64,000 nt of DNA from Isurus oxyrinchus (taxonomy: Eukaryota): contig JANJGN010000002.1 of assembly GCA_026770705.1 (NCBI GenBank), forward strand, positions 222,580,001 through 222,644,000, written 5' to 3'. The position numbers and the translations under genes were made by a program. The notes below the pieces were generated by a model, which was not told where the DNA came from, made no database searches, and worked only from the letters and a program-made list of their open reading frames with translations. This document shows, piece after piece, positions 1 through 12,741 of this stretch. How positions within the stretch are numbered: the first letter of the stretch is position 1; each line of letters starts with the position of its first letter.

Positions 1-329
1 TGTCAATCAGAGGAGTTTTCAAATCCCTCAAGCCTTTCATTAAAAAGCTGCAGTTACGTCATTGCTCAGGTAACAGGAACCCCCCTGCCCCCCTGCCCAG
101 CTCCCTCTTGGACCTGCACCTTCATAACAATGTTCATGCTCAATTACCTATTGGGATTAAGTTGCAGGCCTCCAACCTTCTTGTCATTCACAGCACAGGA
201 AGAACATGCAACATGAAATGTCAATTTAATAAAATGACGTGGAACAACAAAACACAAGTCACACAACGAAATATAAAACCCATGATTGCCCTTCAGTGTA
301 TTCCTTAAACCGTTTTCCAGTGCTTCATC

Positions 330-1680
330 TTAGTTCTCCTCCTCTGCTGGCAGCCGCATTGGAGGCAGGCTGCTGACTCAGATCCCTCATTGGCCTGGAT
401 GACCTTGGCAATCGTCCTCTGGTTGTCAGAGGCTGTGAGGATCCCGACTATGAGAGGCCTGCACATTTGTCAAGGAACCCTCAGACACCACTGTCACCGG
501 AAGAGGGGCAGAGGAGTTGCTGTCACCATCAGGAGTTCCCTGAGAGGTGCCCCCAGATGCAGATAGCTGCCGCTCATTTGCAAACATGAGGTTTTGCTTG
601 GACTTCCCTGCTCACCATGGATGGACAAGCAGCTATAGCAGAGAGACACCAGGGGCAGTGTCACCGATGTTACCACACATCATTTAGATTTTCAGTTCGG
701 CAGGCGCACAGACCGAACTGTCAACGGCCACTTAAGGCCTTTAAAAAAGTAATTAACCCAATTAATGGACCTGCCCATCCAATCTTAAAGTTGGTGGGCA
801 GGCAAAGAGCCCAGGCGGCCTTCAGAAAAAGCATGAAACCTCATCCATGGGCGGGATTAGGTTTCATGAGGGATTTAAAATGTATATAAAATTTTAAGAT
901 AAAATTAATTGACATGTCCTTGCTTGTGTGACAGTGTCACATGAGGGGGCATGTCAGAAATATTTGTTTTTCCCTTGAATAAAGTTTTCAAACTTGAGCC
1001 ATGCTCCCTGAAGCAGCACTTTGCCTCAGGGAGATCTGTGCGCAGAAGAGCGCACTCCCAGCTCAGAGAATTCCCCCCCCAACACCCCCCCACCCCACTC
1101 CCCCCCCGCCCACATAGGGAGCGCACAGCACTTCTGGGCAGATGTCGTGTTGGGCGGGCCTTAATAGACCTGCCCATGTAAAATGGCAGCGCACCCCCAG
1201 CTGGGGACGCCAATTGGAAATCGCCCGCTCGTGCCCGCACCTGCACAACCACCCCGATGGGGTGAAAATGCTGCCCCAGGTATCTCATCCACCTTACACA
1301 CTGGCAATGCCCTGCTGAGCTCACTGCCAGTATGTGGGCTTGAAGGTTTAAAAGCAACTCCAGAAACCCTTCATTAAGTTGCTGGAGCAGGCTGTTCGTG
1401 AGAGTCACCAATTTCTTGATGGAGGAAGATGTGTGTTTAAAGGAAAGGATGACTGCAGTGCTCATGCCCCATGTGGATTCCTCCATTGTACGACCAGAGC
1501 ACACATACCCTCTGGAAGGTCTGGCAGATCTCCATGTACCTCCCATTGCAGATCCAGCATTTGTTGCCTGATGGACGACTCCAGGGATTAGGCATCTGCC
1601 TGGGGCTCAGCGTTTTCCTCGTCTCCAACACTCCTCCAATTGTCAGAGTCCTGGGAACTCTCAGTCTCTGACAGCTGCTC
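330..1680 (-). pseudogene. Relic of a Harbinger Myb/SANT partner gene (C-terminal region), interrupted by a MITE
   Basis: Minus-strand translation EQLSETES...SLESSIRQQMLDLQWEVHGDLPDLPEGM...MEES parallels 7605-7760 (PLDSSTRRQMLNLQ..LLDLPEA) and 40890-41010 (PLDSA..MLEMQ...LEES). The reverse complement of 340-440 resembles 8120-8240 and 41430-41520 (shared cctgcctccaa motif). Stops and frameshifts present. Confidence 0.7.
653..1276. mobile_element. Non-autonomous Harbinger-type MITE (family A), internally deleted just after the left TIR
   Basis: Starts gggcag, ends aaaatgctgccc. 3-bp TSD CAG (650-652 / 1277-1279). Body homologous to copies at 10299, 26550, 57331, 62897. Confidence 0.85.
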
Positions 1681-1834
1681 AGACGATTGTGATGAGAAAC
1701 ATAAAGGCAGACTGTAAAAGCTTCTTTAGGTATGTGGAAAGTGGGTCCATTACAGGCGGAGACAGGAGATTAGTTAGCAGACTCACATAATCAAGCACAA
1801 AACAATTGAACATAGCATTTTCATATGGCTTATA

Positions 1835-1945
1835 GAAGTTCAAGAAAGCGGCTCACTACCACCTTCTCAATGGCTATTAGGGATGGGCAATAAATGCTGG
1901 CCTTGCCAGTGACACCCACACCTCATGAGTGATTTTTTTTTCTTA
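1835..1945 (+). mobile_element. 3' tail fragment of the second LINE family (or its partner SINE)
   Basis: ttcaagaaagcggctcactaccaccttctcaa..attagggatgggcaataaatgctggcc matches the reverse complement of the LINE 3' end at 12755-12845. Confidence 0.7.
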
Positions 1946-2489
1946 AAAAATGCATTCTCAACTATTTTGTTAACCATAATAGCTCTTTACGTCTTAAATC
2001 TAAATTTCCTGCCCTCCTTCCACGTAGTAAATAGGGAATACAATAAAGTTGGGAGGAAAATACAGTTCATTAGAAAAAGAAGCAATCCTGTGTTCGTTTT
2101 GTTAAGAAAACTTGTCTGGTTATCATTGACTGCATAATAACCGTACCAAGCAATATATTTGCTTCGTCTGTGCAATTCCATGGTGCCATTGTTTTGGAAA
2201 GACAGTTAAATCCTTGACATAGAAGAAGATGAGGAGGAGGAAGAAAAAGAAGCCAAAATGAGGTAGGAACTGAGCGACACCACTATGGGTAACAAGATCA
2301 TTAACTTTAATTCTAATGCTGTCTGAGATTTTTGCAGTGTCAGTGACCTTGGGAAATGACTAACAATACCCGGGGGGTAGATTTTGGTAGGGCATCATTA
2401 ATTTCCTCCATTCTGTTACCAAGGTACTATTCTTTTCCATGATTGCAAGAATCAAGCTTAAGCGATGCCATCTGTCTAACTTCCCCAAG

Positions 2490-2620
2490 GGAAATGCAGT
2501 GTCTAATCTGGCACAAACCCTGTAGTTACATTAAATAAAGATACTGTACCATATTTTGATGGTACAGTACCTCAATTTAATATAACCACAGGGTTCATGC
2601 CAGGCTATGCAGTGCATTCC
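2490..2620. repeat. ~130 bp imperfect palindrome (hairpin, MITE-like)
   Basis: Arms 2508-2552 and 2559-2603 (45 bp, 7 mismatches) around the loop attttg; weaker pairing extends to 2490/2620. Confidence 0.8.
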
Positions 2621-3334
2621 TATTTTGTTCATGCCAAACCTCTTTGAAAGACTCACTTCTTTCATCCTGAAGTCTTGGATTACAGTTTCAACCACCTCCA
2701 AAGCTTCAAAGAGTGATTATTTAATCTGGATTACTTGGGTTCTGCAAGATAGAAGCAATAAGATAGAACATTATCCTTCTCTGGAGGCATATCGGGATTA
2801 CATTGATTACATCAAAATGCGCCACTGATTTGTTCTAGTACATTTAAACAGAGGTCAACCAACAGCAACAAAACATGGTAGAGTGCAATGCAACACTGCA
2901 GCATAGTACAGCACAACAGTACAACACAGAACAAGACAGGGCAGTACGTTGCAAAATTATACAGCACACAATCTGCCGTATTGCTGTGTGTAGCATTGCA
3001 GTTGTTTTTGCCTGTTTGCACTACTGTGTAATTGAGACATTTCATCATGTTAAAAGGGCTATACAGTTGCTATTGTTGCTGAACTGCTAGTTTTATAATA
3101 AAGTTGCTGAGGTAGATTTTGACTGCGTGTGATACTGAGGACAAATCAGCAGCACAGTTTATATCTCTCCCAATTTCAAATTCAACGGAAATAAAAATTG
3201 GTAAAGTTGTAAAACAGGCTGTTAAGATTGTTATTGAGTGGTTTACACTATTGCATGAGGACGAAAGTGAACATCGCTCTGGTTTTAATGCAGTGTGGTA
3301 TCAGTCTGGATCTGTCATAATGGACATCCTGAAT

Positions 3335-3990
3335 AGACTCATAGATACATTATGGCACAGAAGGAAGCCATTCAGCTCACTGAGTCCATGCTGGCTCTCT
3401 AGAGCAATCCATTCAGTCCCATTCCCCCACCCCCTTTCTATAGCTGTTGCCCTGCAAGTTTATTTGCCTCAAGTTCACATCCAATTTCCTTTTGAAACCA
3501 TTCATCACTTCCACCACCCTCCAGGGGCATAAGCAGTGAATTCCAGGTCATCACCACTTGCTGTGCTAAGTTCTTCCTCATAACCTCCCTACCTCTCTTG
3601 CCCAAACCTTAAATATATGTTCCTTAGTCAGCTAACGGGAACAACTTTTCTTTGCCTACCCTATCATAACTTTGTACACTTATATCAAATTTCTCCTCAG
3701 TCTCCTTGCTCCAAGGGGCTAATATCCTTGATCCTTGGAACCATTCTGGTAAGTTGTCTTCACAGGCTCACAAGGACCTTTATATCCTTGTGCTGACCAG
3801 TACTGGACACAATATTCTAGTTGTGGCCTAATCAGGGCTTTATGCAGGTTCGCTATAACTTCCCTGCTATTGTACTCTATAACCCAATTTATGAAACCTA
3901 AGGTCCCTTTTGTTTTGTGAGCTACTTTCTCAATTTGTCCAGCCAACCTGAAAAATCTGTGCGCATAAACCCACAGGTCCCTCTGCCCTT
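3335..3990 (-). mobile_element. CR1/HER1-type LINE 3' fragment
   Basis: ORF 3719-3946 (LGFINWVIEYNSREV..LHKALIRPQLEYCVQYWS) is the CR1 ORF2 C-terminus; CR1 3' UTR follows. Confidence 0.85.
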
Positions 3991-4064
3991 TACATTGAAC
4001 TGGTAAGGCTGCAAAGTCTTATATAATGCACTTACACAATCTAATTGCATTATAATTCTTGTTG

Positions 4065-4300
4065 TTATGATCCCTGTAGAGACTGATAACTTTAAAAAAG
4101 AAATTTGAACTTCCAGTTAATAACTGAAAGAATAACATGACAAGATATCCCCAAGTTCACTGTAACAAAAAACTAAAAGCACTATTGACTAAAGCCTATC
4201 CTTGTAAATCCCCAGTTTCTGTTCATAACCATCAAATCAATCAAACCTAAATGTCAATCAAACCTAGATTTCTTCCTGCCAGTCCTGTGTCCAAATTTTA
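4065..4300 (-). mobile_element. Possible LTR fragment
   Basis: Begins tgttatgatccctgt, the exact reverse complement of the end of the candidate LTR at 29085-29099. Other boundary unclear. Confidence 0.35.
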
Positions 4301-6227
4301 CCAAGTAGAAAATAACCAATTGGCAGGTACTTGTTTTCATATTTCCCAAACTGATTATGAATGCTTTCACCACCAGTTTTTCTGAACAGGAGTAAGAACC
4401 ACTGTCCAATGAGGAATCCAATCACAGCTTACAATATTTGAAGGTTTTGCATGATGTCATCATCACTCCTGTCAAAATGGATGAGGAGCTGGACAAATTC
4501 TTCAGGACTGGAGGGCAGCCCACTAATTCAATTTGGGTTCAGGCTGCACAGGTGGGGATTAACTAGCATATCAACACTAGCTCCGAAACTCAATGTCTTG
4601 GAGGACCACATCCCCCTTGACTCATAGGAACTAGTCTTCGATCCAACATTTTCTTCGAAAAATGAACTGTGCACACTCCCTTGGCAGTGTCAGTTGACAA
4701 GGACCATTTTCAGATGCTGGTCACCAAGGAGCCGATGCCTTTCTTATTCAAAAATGGCCCTTGATTATGTAAAATGCCTGAGTCATTGAAATTTGTGGAT
4801 TAGGTCAGCCGGTAGAATTTACCACTGGTCCTGAAGCAATCTGAACACAGAAGTGCTGTGTCTTCCAGTAAAGGACTTCAGTCAGGTGACAAGTGCAGCA
4901 CTTTTCTGTTAATGGTTGATTCTGTCAAGGGATCAATGGCATAGAACTTCAGAGAAGTGGGGGTGGGGGGCGTCGCTTTAAGCTCCACAGAAATGCTGTT
5001 GCTCATGCAGACAACACCAAGTGGAAAACTTAGTGCTAGCTTCTTTGCTCAGCATGAACTGTGCCAGGCACTAGCTCTTGCTGGGCATTGGTAGAGTCTC
5101 ATTTGAGATAACCAGTGAGGGCAAAGTTGATCCTACTTCTCTTCCGAGCTCTCCTTCACCAATCTTGATTATCTTCTCTTCTGCTTTCTCTTTACTCATT
5201 ACTCATCCTCTTCTCTGTTATCTGAAAGTGCACACAGGGACAAAAATGCTGGAATGTGACCCATAAAATTCTCATTTTGAGTTAATATACAGTATTACTT
5301 GCAATCGCAAAAATGACATGAAGCTGGTACAGGTATCAAATATGGTTGTGCTGCTCAAACAATTGATTTCAAAGCAGTTAACATACAAAAGATCCTCTTG
5401 TCCTAAAACTTGTCTGGAGAGGGTGAATGCTTCATTTACAATTCAAGTGCACGTCTCATTATTTGGGCAGCAACATCTTATTTGGCACATGGAACAGTTT
5501 GGCTCTGATTCCGGTTAAGTTGAAAGCTTGATGGAAATGGCTGAATTGATAGGCAACTGTAGAGTTGAGGTGTGTTGAAGGATTGAATTACGTGACACTA
5601 AGGAGCCAAAAACATTGCCCGGTCTCCAGCCATGCTGCACCTGGATAACATGAGGTCACTAGATTTCCAGTATTTCCGAGCTAGCACTCTGGGCGCATCA
5701 CTAATGATAATCGAGCATGCAATCTAGGCAGCAGCAGCCAGTGAAGCGCTGCTCTGTGCCTGCTGTGTGGTGGACACCTGTCTGGCATGGGGATGGAGGC
5801 ACCAGCAATAGCACAAGTGCCGTGAGGGAAGCGAGACCATGGATACTTAATTATTTGCTCCTTCCCTCAGAGTTTCAACCTTAGCAGCTGACATTGTGGG
5901 CTTTCCGTTTTCATTCCAAACAAACCCCCATAAGATGGCTGAGGTATTCTGGGTTTTCCAAACCTCTTCTGGGGCTACCACCTGCATCAAAGTTGGGGCT
6001 GAGTGCACATCTTGCACATATATTCTTCTGGCCCCCTTTGATCTTGTTGGCCACACTGGGACACAATGAATGCCAAGCATCTGATGATGTGGGAAGGGAG
6101 AACTTGATGTACTTCAGCATGATGTCCAACATTTTATGTAGATTATAAAAAACTGCAGCTCCTAACAGCCAACTGAGATTTGAGTGTTCAGTGATGACTG
6201 ATCGTGAGGGTTGCCATATGAGTACAG

Positions 6228-6297
6228 GGATAAAAACAGAAAATACTGGAAACACTCAGCGGGTCAGGAGAACCTATGGAGAGAGATGCAGATTTAA
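6228..6297 (-). mobile_element. Old Penelope pLTR tail fragment, truncated by a Harbinger
   Basis: aaaaacagaaaatactggaaacactcagc..gtcagg..gagagagatgcag matches other pLTR tails in the window. Confidence 0.7.
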
Positions 6298-6582
6298 GGG
6301 CGGAATTTTCCCAGAGTTCCCCAGGCCCCAACGTCGGGATTTGAAATGGGTGTCATTGCCACATGGGCCGACGTGGGTGGGCTAAATTTTCGTATTCCAT
6401 CTGATCAGATGAATAAACTGCTAGCAGGCAAGGGAGAAGTCCATTGAGGTGGCATGGGCGGGGTGAAGTCACATTGCAAGCAGGGCTGGCGCCATATTTA
6501 AAGGGCAGGCAGCAGTCAGTTAAGTGGCAGCATCCCTGGTTACAGCAAAGAGGAAGCCCTGGAAGCTGAGGGAAGAACCAAC

Positions 6583-8245
6583 ATGTCATTGGAAGGTCAA
6601 TCCAGGGTGGCCGCACAGTTTGCTGATGCCTCCCTGCAGGTTCTGCTCCAGGCTGCTCCGGCATGGAGAGACATTCTGTTCCCTCGAGAGAGGAGGAGGA
6701 CACTGGCCTGGCTGACTAAGCAAGCCTGGATGGGCATCATGGAGGAGGTCAGCAGTCAGGGCGTTGTCCCTCAAACATGGTTATGGTGCTGTAAGAGGGT
6801 CAATGACCTCATGAGTTCCAGCAATGTTAACCTTACAGTCTTATGTGTGGCAAGGGATGAATGTAAGATTGGTAGAATAGGTATGCCCACCCAGTCCCTG
6901 GCAATGCCCATACAGCTTTGGCTATCAGGCATGTCAGCTGCTCTGTGGACAGACCCACTCTATCAGTGTTGGTTCCTGCACTGCTGCTCCTGAGTGGCTA
7001 CATGCATGGAGGAACCATCCTTGTGGAACCATGACGGACAGTCAGTCTTCCACCTGCATCGGCATTGTGAATGTCTTGGAAGTGCAACTTCCTTGTGCTT
7101 GCAGGAGAAAAAAGCGAACACTGTGAGGGAGGAAGGGTAGTGTCCTAATCATCGCTGTTTAGATGTCGATGGAGAAAGAGGATTTGGAGTGTGGAGGTAG
7201 GCCAGTCCATAGTCAATGGCGAGACTGGAGTGGAGTTCCAAGAGACTTAGTGGCCTAATAGAATAACACAAGGCACCCTCTGGTGAACCTAAGGCACAGT
7301 GCTCATCTGTCCACCACTGGTCACATGAAGCTCCAAAGGATGTGATGGACTGCATATTACCCTCTAAATAATCTTCTCTCTCACACAGGTCAACTCCAAA
7401 AGCAGAATGCTGCAGTGACTGGTGGACAGACCTCCACATCTGAGGAAGAGGAGGGCACCTCAGAGAGTGCACTGACACATCGTTCCCCCGCACCCTCCAA
7501 CAGCACAGATTATTCTCATATTGGTGGATTGTTGTGCAGTGCTGGTTATGGGGTCGCAATCTGGTGAGCACAGAGCAGATCTGCCTGAGTAGCTGACAGA
7601 GGCAGTGACATTTGGAGCCACTAACACTCACCGGACTGTGAGAGGGCACGGTGATGCTGATGACATGCCTCTGGACTCATCAACGAGGCGACAGATGTTG
7701 AACCTGCAGTGTGGGATGCACAAACATCTGCTGGATCTTCCAGAGGCCATCCAGACCATGAGTGCAGCCAGGATTCTGGCATGTGTGCACTTCCTCCCTG
7801 GAGAGATTGCCAATCCTCCAGAAAACCACACATTGGATGCCGGAGATGTGCCTGGACCTGAATGCCAATGCCTCCTCCATGGGCTCTGAGGGGCAATGGC
7901 TAGGAGAGAAGGGGGAGTGAAATGCTTGGAGTTAACAACGGACCCTTGAACTCCTCAGGTGAGCAGCATGGGCCAAGTATAGGGGTGGCTGCCCACAGCA
8001 TCTGTGGCCTCCTCTCAGGACATTCCTTACATGGGCAGCAGGGCCTCAGCCACACTGTTGCTGACTCTAGTATCTCACAAAGCCGTGATGACAGACAGTT
8101 TCTGACCGTGTGCAGGAGGTCCTCCAGGCCTCAGGCGGCTAGAGAATGACTACCAAGGCCATCGAAAGCCGTGGAACAAAAAGGTCAACCACCTGCCTCC
8201 AACTCAGCTGATAGCTCAGGGACAGTACCACACAGGAGCACTCTT
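6583..8245 (+). pseudogene. Harbinger Myb/SANT-like DNA-binding partner gene (multi-exon, disrupted)
   Basis: ORF 6583: AAQFADASLQVLL..RDILFP....TKQAWMGIMEEVSSQGVVPQTWLWCCKRVNDL is a Myb/SANT (MSANTD-type) pattern. Probable acceptors at ~7104 (ttgcag) and ~7388 (cacag). Later exons carry stops. Confidence 0.8.
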
Positions 8246-8589
8246 ACCACTTTCAAAAACCACCTGGCTGCACTTGGTCCTCGCAGGGTTATTTTTTTTG
8301 TCGAAGCATGTGACCTTGCCATGCTTGTGTTTGAAATTAAACCTGGGATGGTGCAATAAAAGATGAATACTTTCATTTATTTTAACAGACTGCTAGCCCT
8401 TTAAGATCGCGCTGGGTCCTGCAGAAGGTATGATGGGAAGGTCAACACCGCGTGAGGTCCATGCATTCTCCATGCTGCTATCTACCATGTTTATGGGTGC
8501 AGGTAAATGGGAAGGACAATCAATGAACCAGAACAGAGTTTCAGAAGGCTGTAGGTTTATTAAATTGCATGGTTCTGTTAGTAAGGAAC

Positions 8590-9485
8590 ATCTGAAACAT
8601 GCCTGTACTAGCACATTGGGAGTGTCCCTTGCAGATAGCTCATGGAGCCTTGCCTGTGGTCCGGGAGGTTCTTCATCATGCAGCACCTGGTCAGCATCTT
8701 CCTCCTTATCCTCATCTTTGGAGGAGGCATTACGCTCAAAGATATCCTTATTGTTCATAGCTTCTCCCCTCTGCAGTGATGGATACTGAAGTGCACAGCA
8801 CAATACCATGATATGCAAGGTCCTTGCTAAGGAATATGGAAGGGTTCCACTCGATCAATCCAGACATCTGAACCACATCTTCAGAAACCCAATGACCTGC
8901 TTGATGGTCGCATGAGTTGTCCCATGGTGGCTGCTGTATCTCTCTTCTGCGTCTGTGCTGTGGTTCCACAGGCATCAGTAGCCATCCCTTCAGTGGGTAG
9001 CCTTCAGCCAGTATCCAGTATTGAGGTGTGTGTGCAGACACTTGGGGCTGCTTTAGTACAAAGGCATCATGGCAGCTTCCTGGGAACCTTGCACAGACCT
9101 GTGGTGCTCGCAGACCATTCATTGAGCGAATGGAAGCCATTCCTGTTGATGAAGGCTGCTGCCTCGTCCATGGAGCCTTGATAGCCACATGCATGCAGTC
9201 AATGACACCCTGCACCTGGGGGAATCCAGGGATGGTCCTGAACCCTATAGCACTCTCCGCCTGACTGTCCAGATTGGTATTAAGGCACACCTACTGGCCA
9301 GCCCTCTTGAAAAGGACATTGGTGTCCATCTTGCCGCAGTGATGAACTGCAGACTGGGAAATCCCAGAGATATCTCCAGAGGATCCCTGGAATGAGCCTG
9401 ACACTTGGAATTCAGCACCAGGGTGCTGAATGCTACAGGAATAGGGTGCCTGCCCCTCCCTCATAGGGCTCAGCTTGATCATGGT
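8590..9485 (-). pseudogene. HARBI1-like DDE (DDE_Tnp_4) transposase, frameshifted
   Basis: Motifs GSFQGSSGDISGISQSAVH, GFPQVQGVIDCMHVAIKAP, VCARFPGSCHDAFVL, WILAEGYPLKGWLLMP, MVLCCAL followed by an acidic tail. Confidence 0.9.
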
Positions 9486-10298
9486 GCACGCTCTGTGACC
9501 GCCTACCTGGAAATGTATTGCCTCCCTGGTGCCAGGGTCAAGGATGTCAAGGAGTGGCTGCAGGACATCCTTCGGGGGGAGGGGTTCAGACAGAAGTCAT
9601 GGTCCACATTGGTACCAGCAACATAGGTAGGAAGAGGGGTGAGGTCCTGAAAGCAGAGTTAGGAAGGAAATTAAAAAGCAGGACTTCAAGAGCAGCAATC
9701 TCAGGATTAATCCCAATGCCATGTGCTAGTGAGCACCGGAATACGAGGATTGATTGATTAAATATGTGGTCAGAGAAGGTGGAGGGGATGACATCAGATT
9801 TTTGAGGCATTGGGACCAGTTCTGGGGCAGGTTACATCTTAACAGGACTGGGACTAATATACTCGCAGGGAGATTTGCTGCTGGGATGGGTTTAAACTAG
9901 GGGGGTGGGAACCTGAGGGATGGTCTAACCTGGAAGGAAGTAAAGTTGGTAACAGGAAGTAGTGGTGAGAGTAGAAGGCAGGAGAAACAAAGAAGAATAT
10001 TGAGTGTGCTTCGAATGCAGAATAATGTCAAAAAGACAAAGTTAAAGACGCTCTGCCTGACTGCACGCAGCATTTCCTATAAGGTAGATGATCTAAAGAC
10101 ACAAAAAGTGGTAAATGGGTATGATATAATTGCCATTGCGGCAACAGCTGAATGGTGACTAAGGCTGTGAATTGAATATTCAAGGATATTCGATGTTTAG
10201 GAAGGACAGACAAGAAGGGGAAGGAGGTGGAGTTGCACTGATAATAAGGGATGGGATCAGCACATTCCTAAGGGAGGATCTCAGATTAAAAGAACAAT

Positions 10299-11144
10299 GG
10301 GCAGGATTTTACGCCTCTGCAAGCAGGGGCGGGGCCCACTCATTGACGCGTAAAATGACGCACGATGACGTCGGGGGGATCTCCCGACATCACCGCGCCC
10401 CATTTACGTTTTCAGGAAGGAGGGGGCTCAGCAAAATCAGCTGTGCGCCTACCAACCTATCAATGACCAATTGAGGCCATTGACAGAGTCAATTATGCAA
10501 TTAAAGGACCTGCCCGTCCAACCTTAAGGTTAGCTGGCAGACCAGGAGCTCCAGCGCGAACTAGTAAAAGCATGAAACCTCATCCACAGGCGGGATGAGC
10601 TTTCAGCTAAAAGCAAAATACTGCGGATGCTGGAAATCTGAGACAAAACAAAAATTGCTGGAAAAACTCAGCAGGTCTGACAGTATCTCTGGAAAGGAAG
10701 ACAGAGCTAATGTTTCGAGTCTGTATGAGGCTTCATCAGAAGGATGAGGTTTCTTGTAGCTTTTAAAAACGTTTAATAAAGTTTTTGGGAAAATTATGCA
10801 CATGTCCCAAATCATGTGACATTGTCACATGAGGGGACATGTTAGGGAAATTTGACATTTCTATTTTTAGGTTCTTAACATTTTGAGCCAATCTCTGAGG
10901 CTGCACTTAGCCTCAGGGAGATGAGTGCGCTCTTTCGTGTGCATGCGTGAAAGAGCACACTCTTGATTTTGGGATTCCCCCTCCCACCACCTACACAGGG
11001 AGCGCATAGCGCTTCTGTGCTGATGTCACGCTGGGCAGGCCTTAATTGGCCTGCCCACATAAAATGGTGCCGCACCTCCAATCAGAAGCACACCTGTGCA
11101 TGCCCAGCCATCAATTCCCTTCCAATGGGGGGACAATTCAGCCC
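10299..11144. mobile_element. Harbinger-type MITE family A inserted in the CR1 APE domain
   Basis: Termini gggcaggatttt / acaattcagccc. TSD AAT (10296-10298 / 11145-11147). CR1 coding sequence resumes after it. Confidence 0.9.
10606..10741 (-). mobile_element. Penelope pLTR fragment with a minimal hammerhead motif, inserted in the MITE hairpin
   Basis: Minus strand reads ttCTGATGA-a-gcctc-ataca-gactc-GAAA-ca-TT-agctc followed by the pLTR tail. Flanked by a ggatgagctttc / ggatgaggtttc duplication. Confidence 0.85.
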
Positions 11145-12741
11145 AATGTGTGGAATCTGTTTGGGTGGAGCTAAGAAACAGCAAAGGGCAGCAGGTTGGT
11201 GTTGTTTATAGGCCACCAAATAGTAATGGTAATGTGGGGAATGGCATTAGTCAGGAAATGAGAGAAGCACCTAGCATGGGCAATAGATATCTAGTGTTAT
11301 GTGATGAAAAAGGGCTAATTAATAATCTTGTTGTAAAAGAACCTTTAGGGATGAGTGACCACAATATGATAGAATTTTACATGTTATGTTTGAAAGTAAG
11401 GTAGTTCACTGAAGCAAGGGTGTTAAAGCTGAATAAAGGAAATTATGAAGGAATGAGGGACAAATTGGCTGAGATGGATTGGGAAAATACATTAAAAGGT
11501 ATGACTGTACATAGGCAATGGATAGCGTTGAAAGAACTATTACATGGCTCACAGCACCTATACATTCCTTCAAGGTGCATAAACCCAAAAAATATCAGTC
11601 AACCGTGGCTGACAAAGGAAGTTAAGGATTGTATAAGATTAAAAGAAAAGGCTTATAAAGTAACCAGAAGTAGTAGTAAACCTGAGGATTGGGAGTTTTT
11701 TAGAATACAGCAAAGGAAGACCAAGAAATTGGTAAAGAAAGGGAGAATAGAATATGAATGCAATCTAGAAAAACATGTAAAAACAGACTAGAAAAGCTTC
11801 CAAAGGTATGTAAAAAGGTAGCGTTTGGCTAAAACAAATGTGGGTCCATTACAGACAGAGTCAGGAGAATTGATAATGGGGAATAGAGAAATGGCAGAGA
11901 AGCTAAATGATTACTTTGTGTCTGCCTCCCAGATTTAGAGATCCAAGGGACTAGGGAGAATGAGGAGTTGAGGAAATTAGAATAAGTAAGAAGGCTGCAT
12001 TGGAGAAATTAATGGGACTGAAAGTTGATAAGTTTCCAGGACCTGATATTCTGCATCCCAGAGTGTTGAAAGAGGTTGCTATAGATATAATGGATACATT
12101 GGTGACAATTTTCCAAAATTCTATAGATTCTGGAATGGTTCCTGAAGATTGGAAGGAAGCAAATGTCACCCCACTATCTATGAAGGGAGGGAAAGAGAAA
12201 ACAAGGAACTACAGACCTGTTAGCCTTCCATCAGTAGTAGGGAAAATGCTAGAACCTATCATAAAGAATGTGATCAATGGATAGTTGGATAATCATGATC
12301 TGACTGGGCATAGTCAGCATGGATTTGTGAATGGGAAATCATGTTTGATGAAATTGTTGGAGTCTTTTGAGGATGTTACTAATAAAATTGATAAAGGAGA
12401 GTTTTTGGGCATAGTATACTTGGATTTTCAGAAGGCTTTTGATAAAGTCTCCCACAGGGTGTTGATTAGCAAAATAAAAGCACATGGGGTAGGTGGCAAT
12501 ACACTGGCATGGATTAAGGATTGGCTAACAGTCAGAAATGAGACATTCTCGCGTTGACAGGCTGTGACTCATAGGGTACTGCAAGGATCAGTACTTGGGC
12601 CCCAGCTGTTCACAATATATCTCAACGATTTGGATGTGGGGACCAAATGTAATAATTCCAAGTTCACAGATGATGCAAAGCTAGGCAGGAATGTATGTTG
12701 TAAGGAATATGTAAAATGGCTACAAGAGGATTTTGACAGAG

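Noticed and set aside
905-1546. 213-aa minus-strand ORF
   Set aside because: Chimeric read-through from the Harbinger Myb relic into MITE A; no coherent domain.
2200-2270. Acidic EEDEEEEEKE-coding purine stretch as a host exon
   Set aside because: Weak acceptor, no partner exons; low complexity, possibly an old transposase tail.
2860-3030. Degenerate 5-bp periodic tract giving Cys/Val-rich ORFs
   Set aside because: Decayed microsatellite; the ORFs are compositional artefacts.
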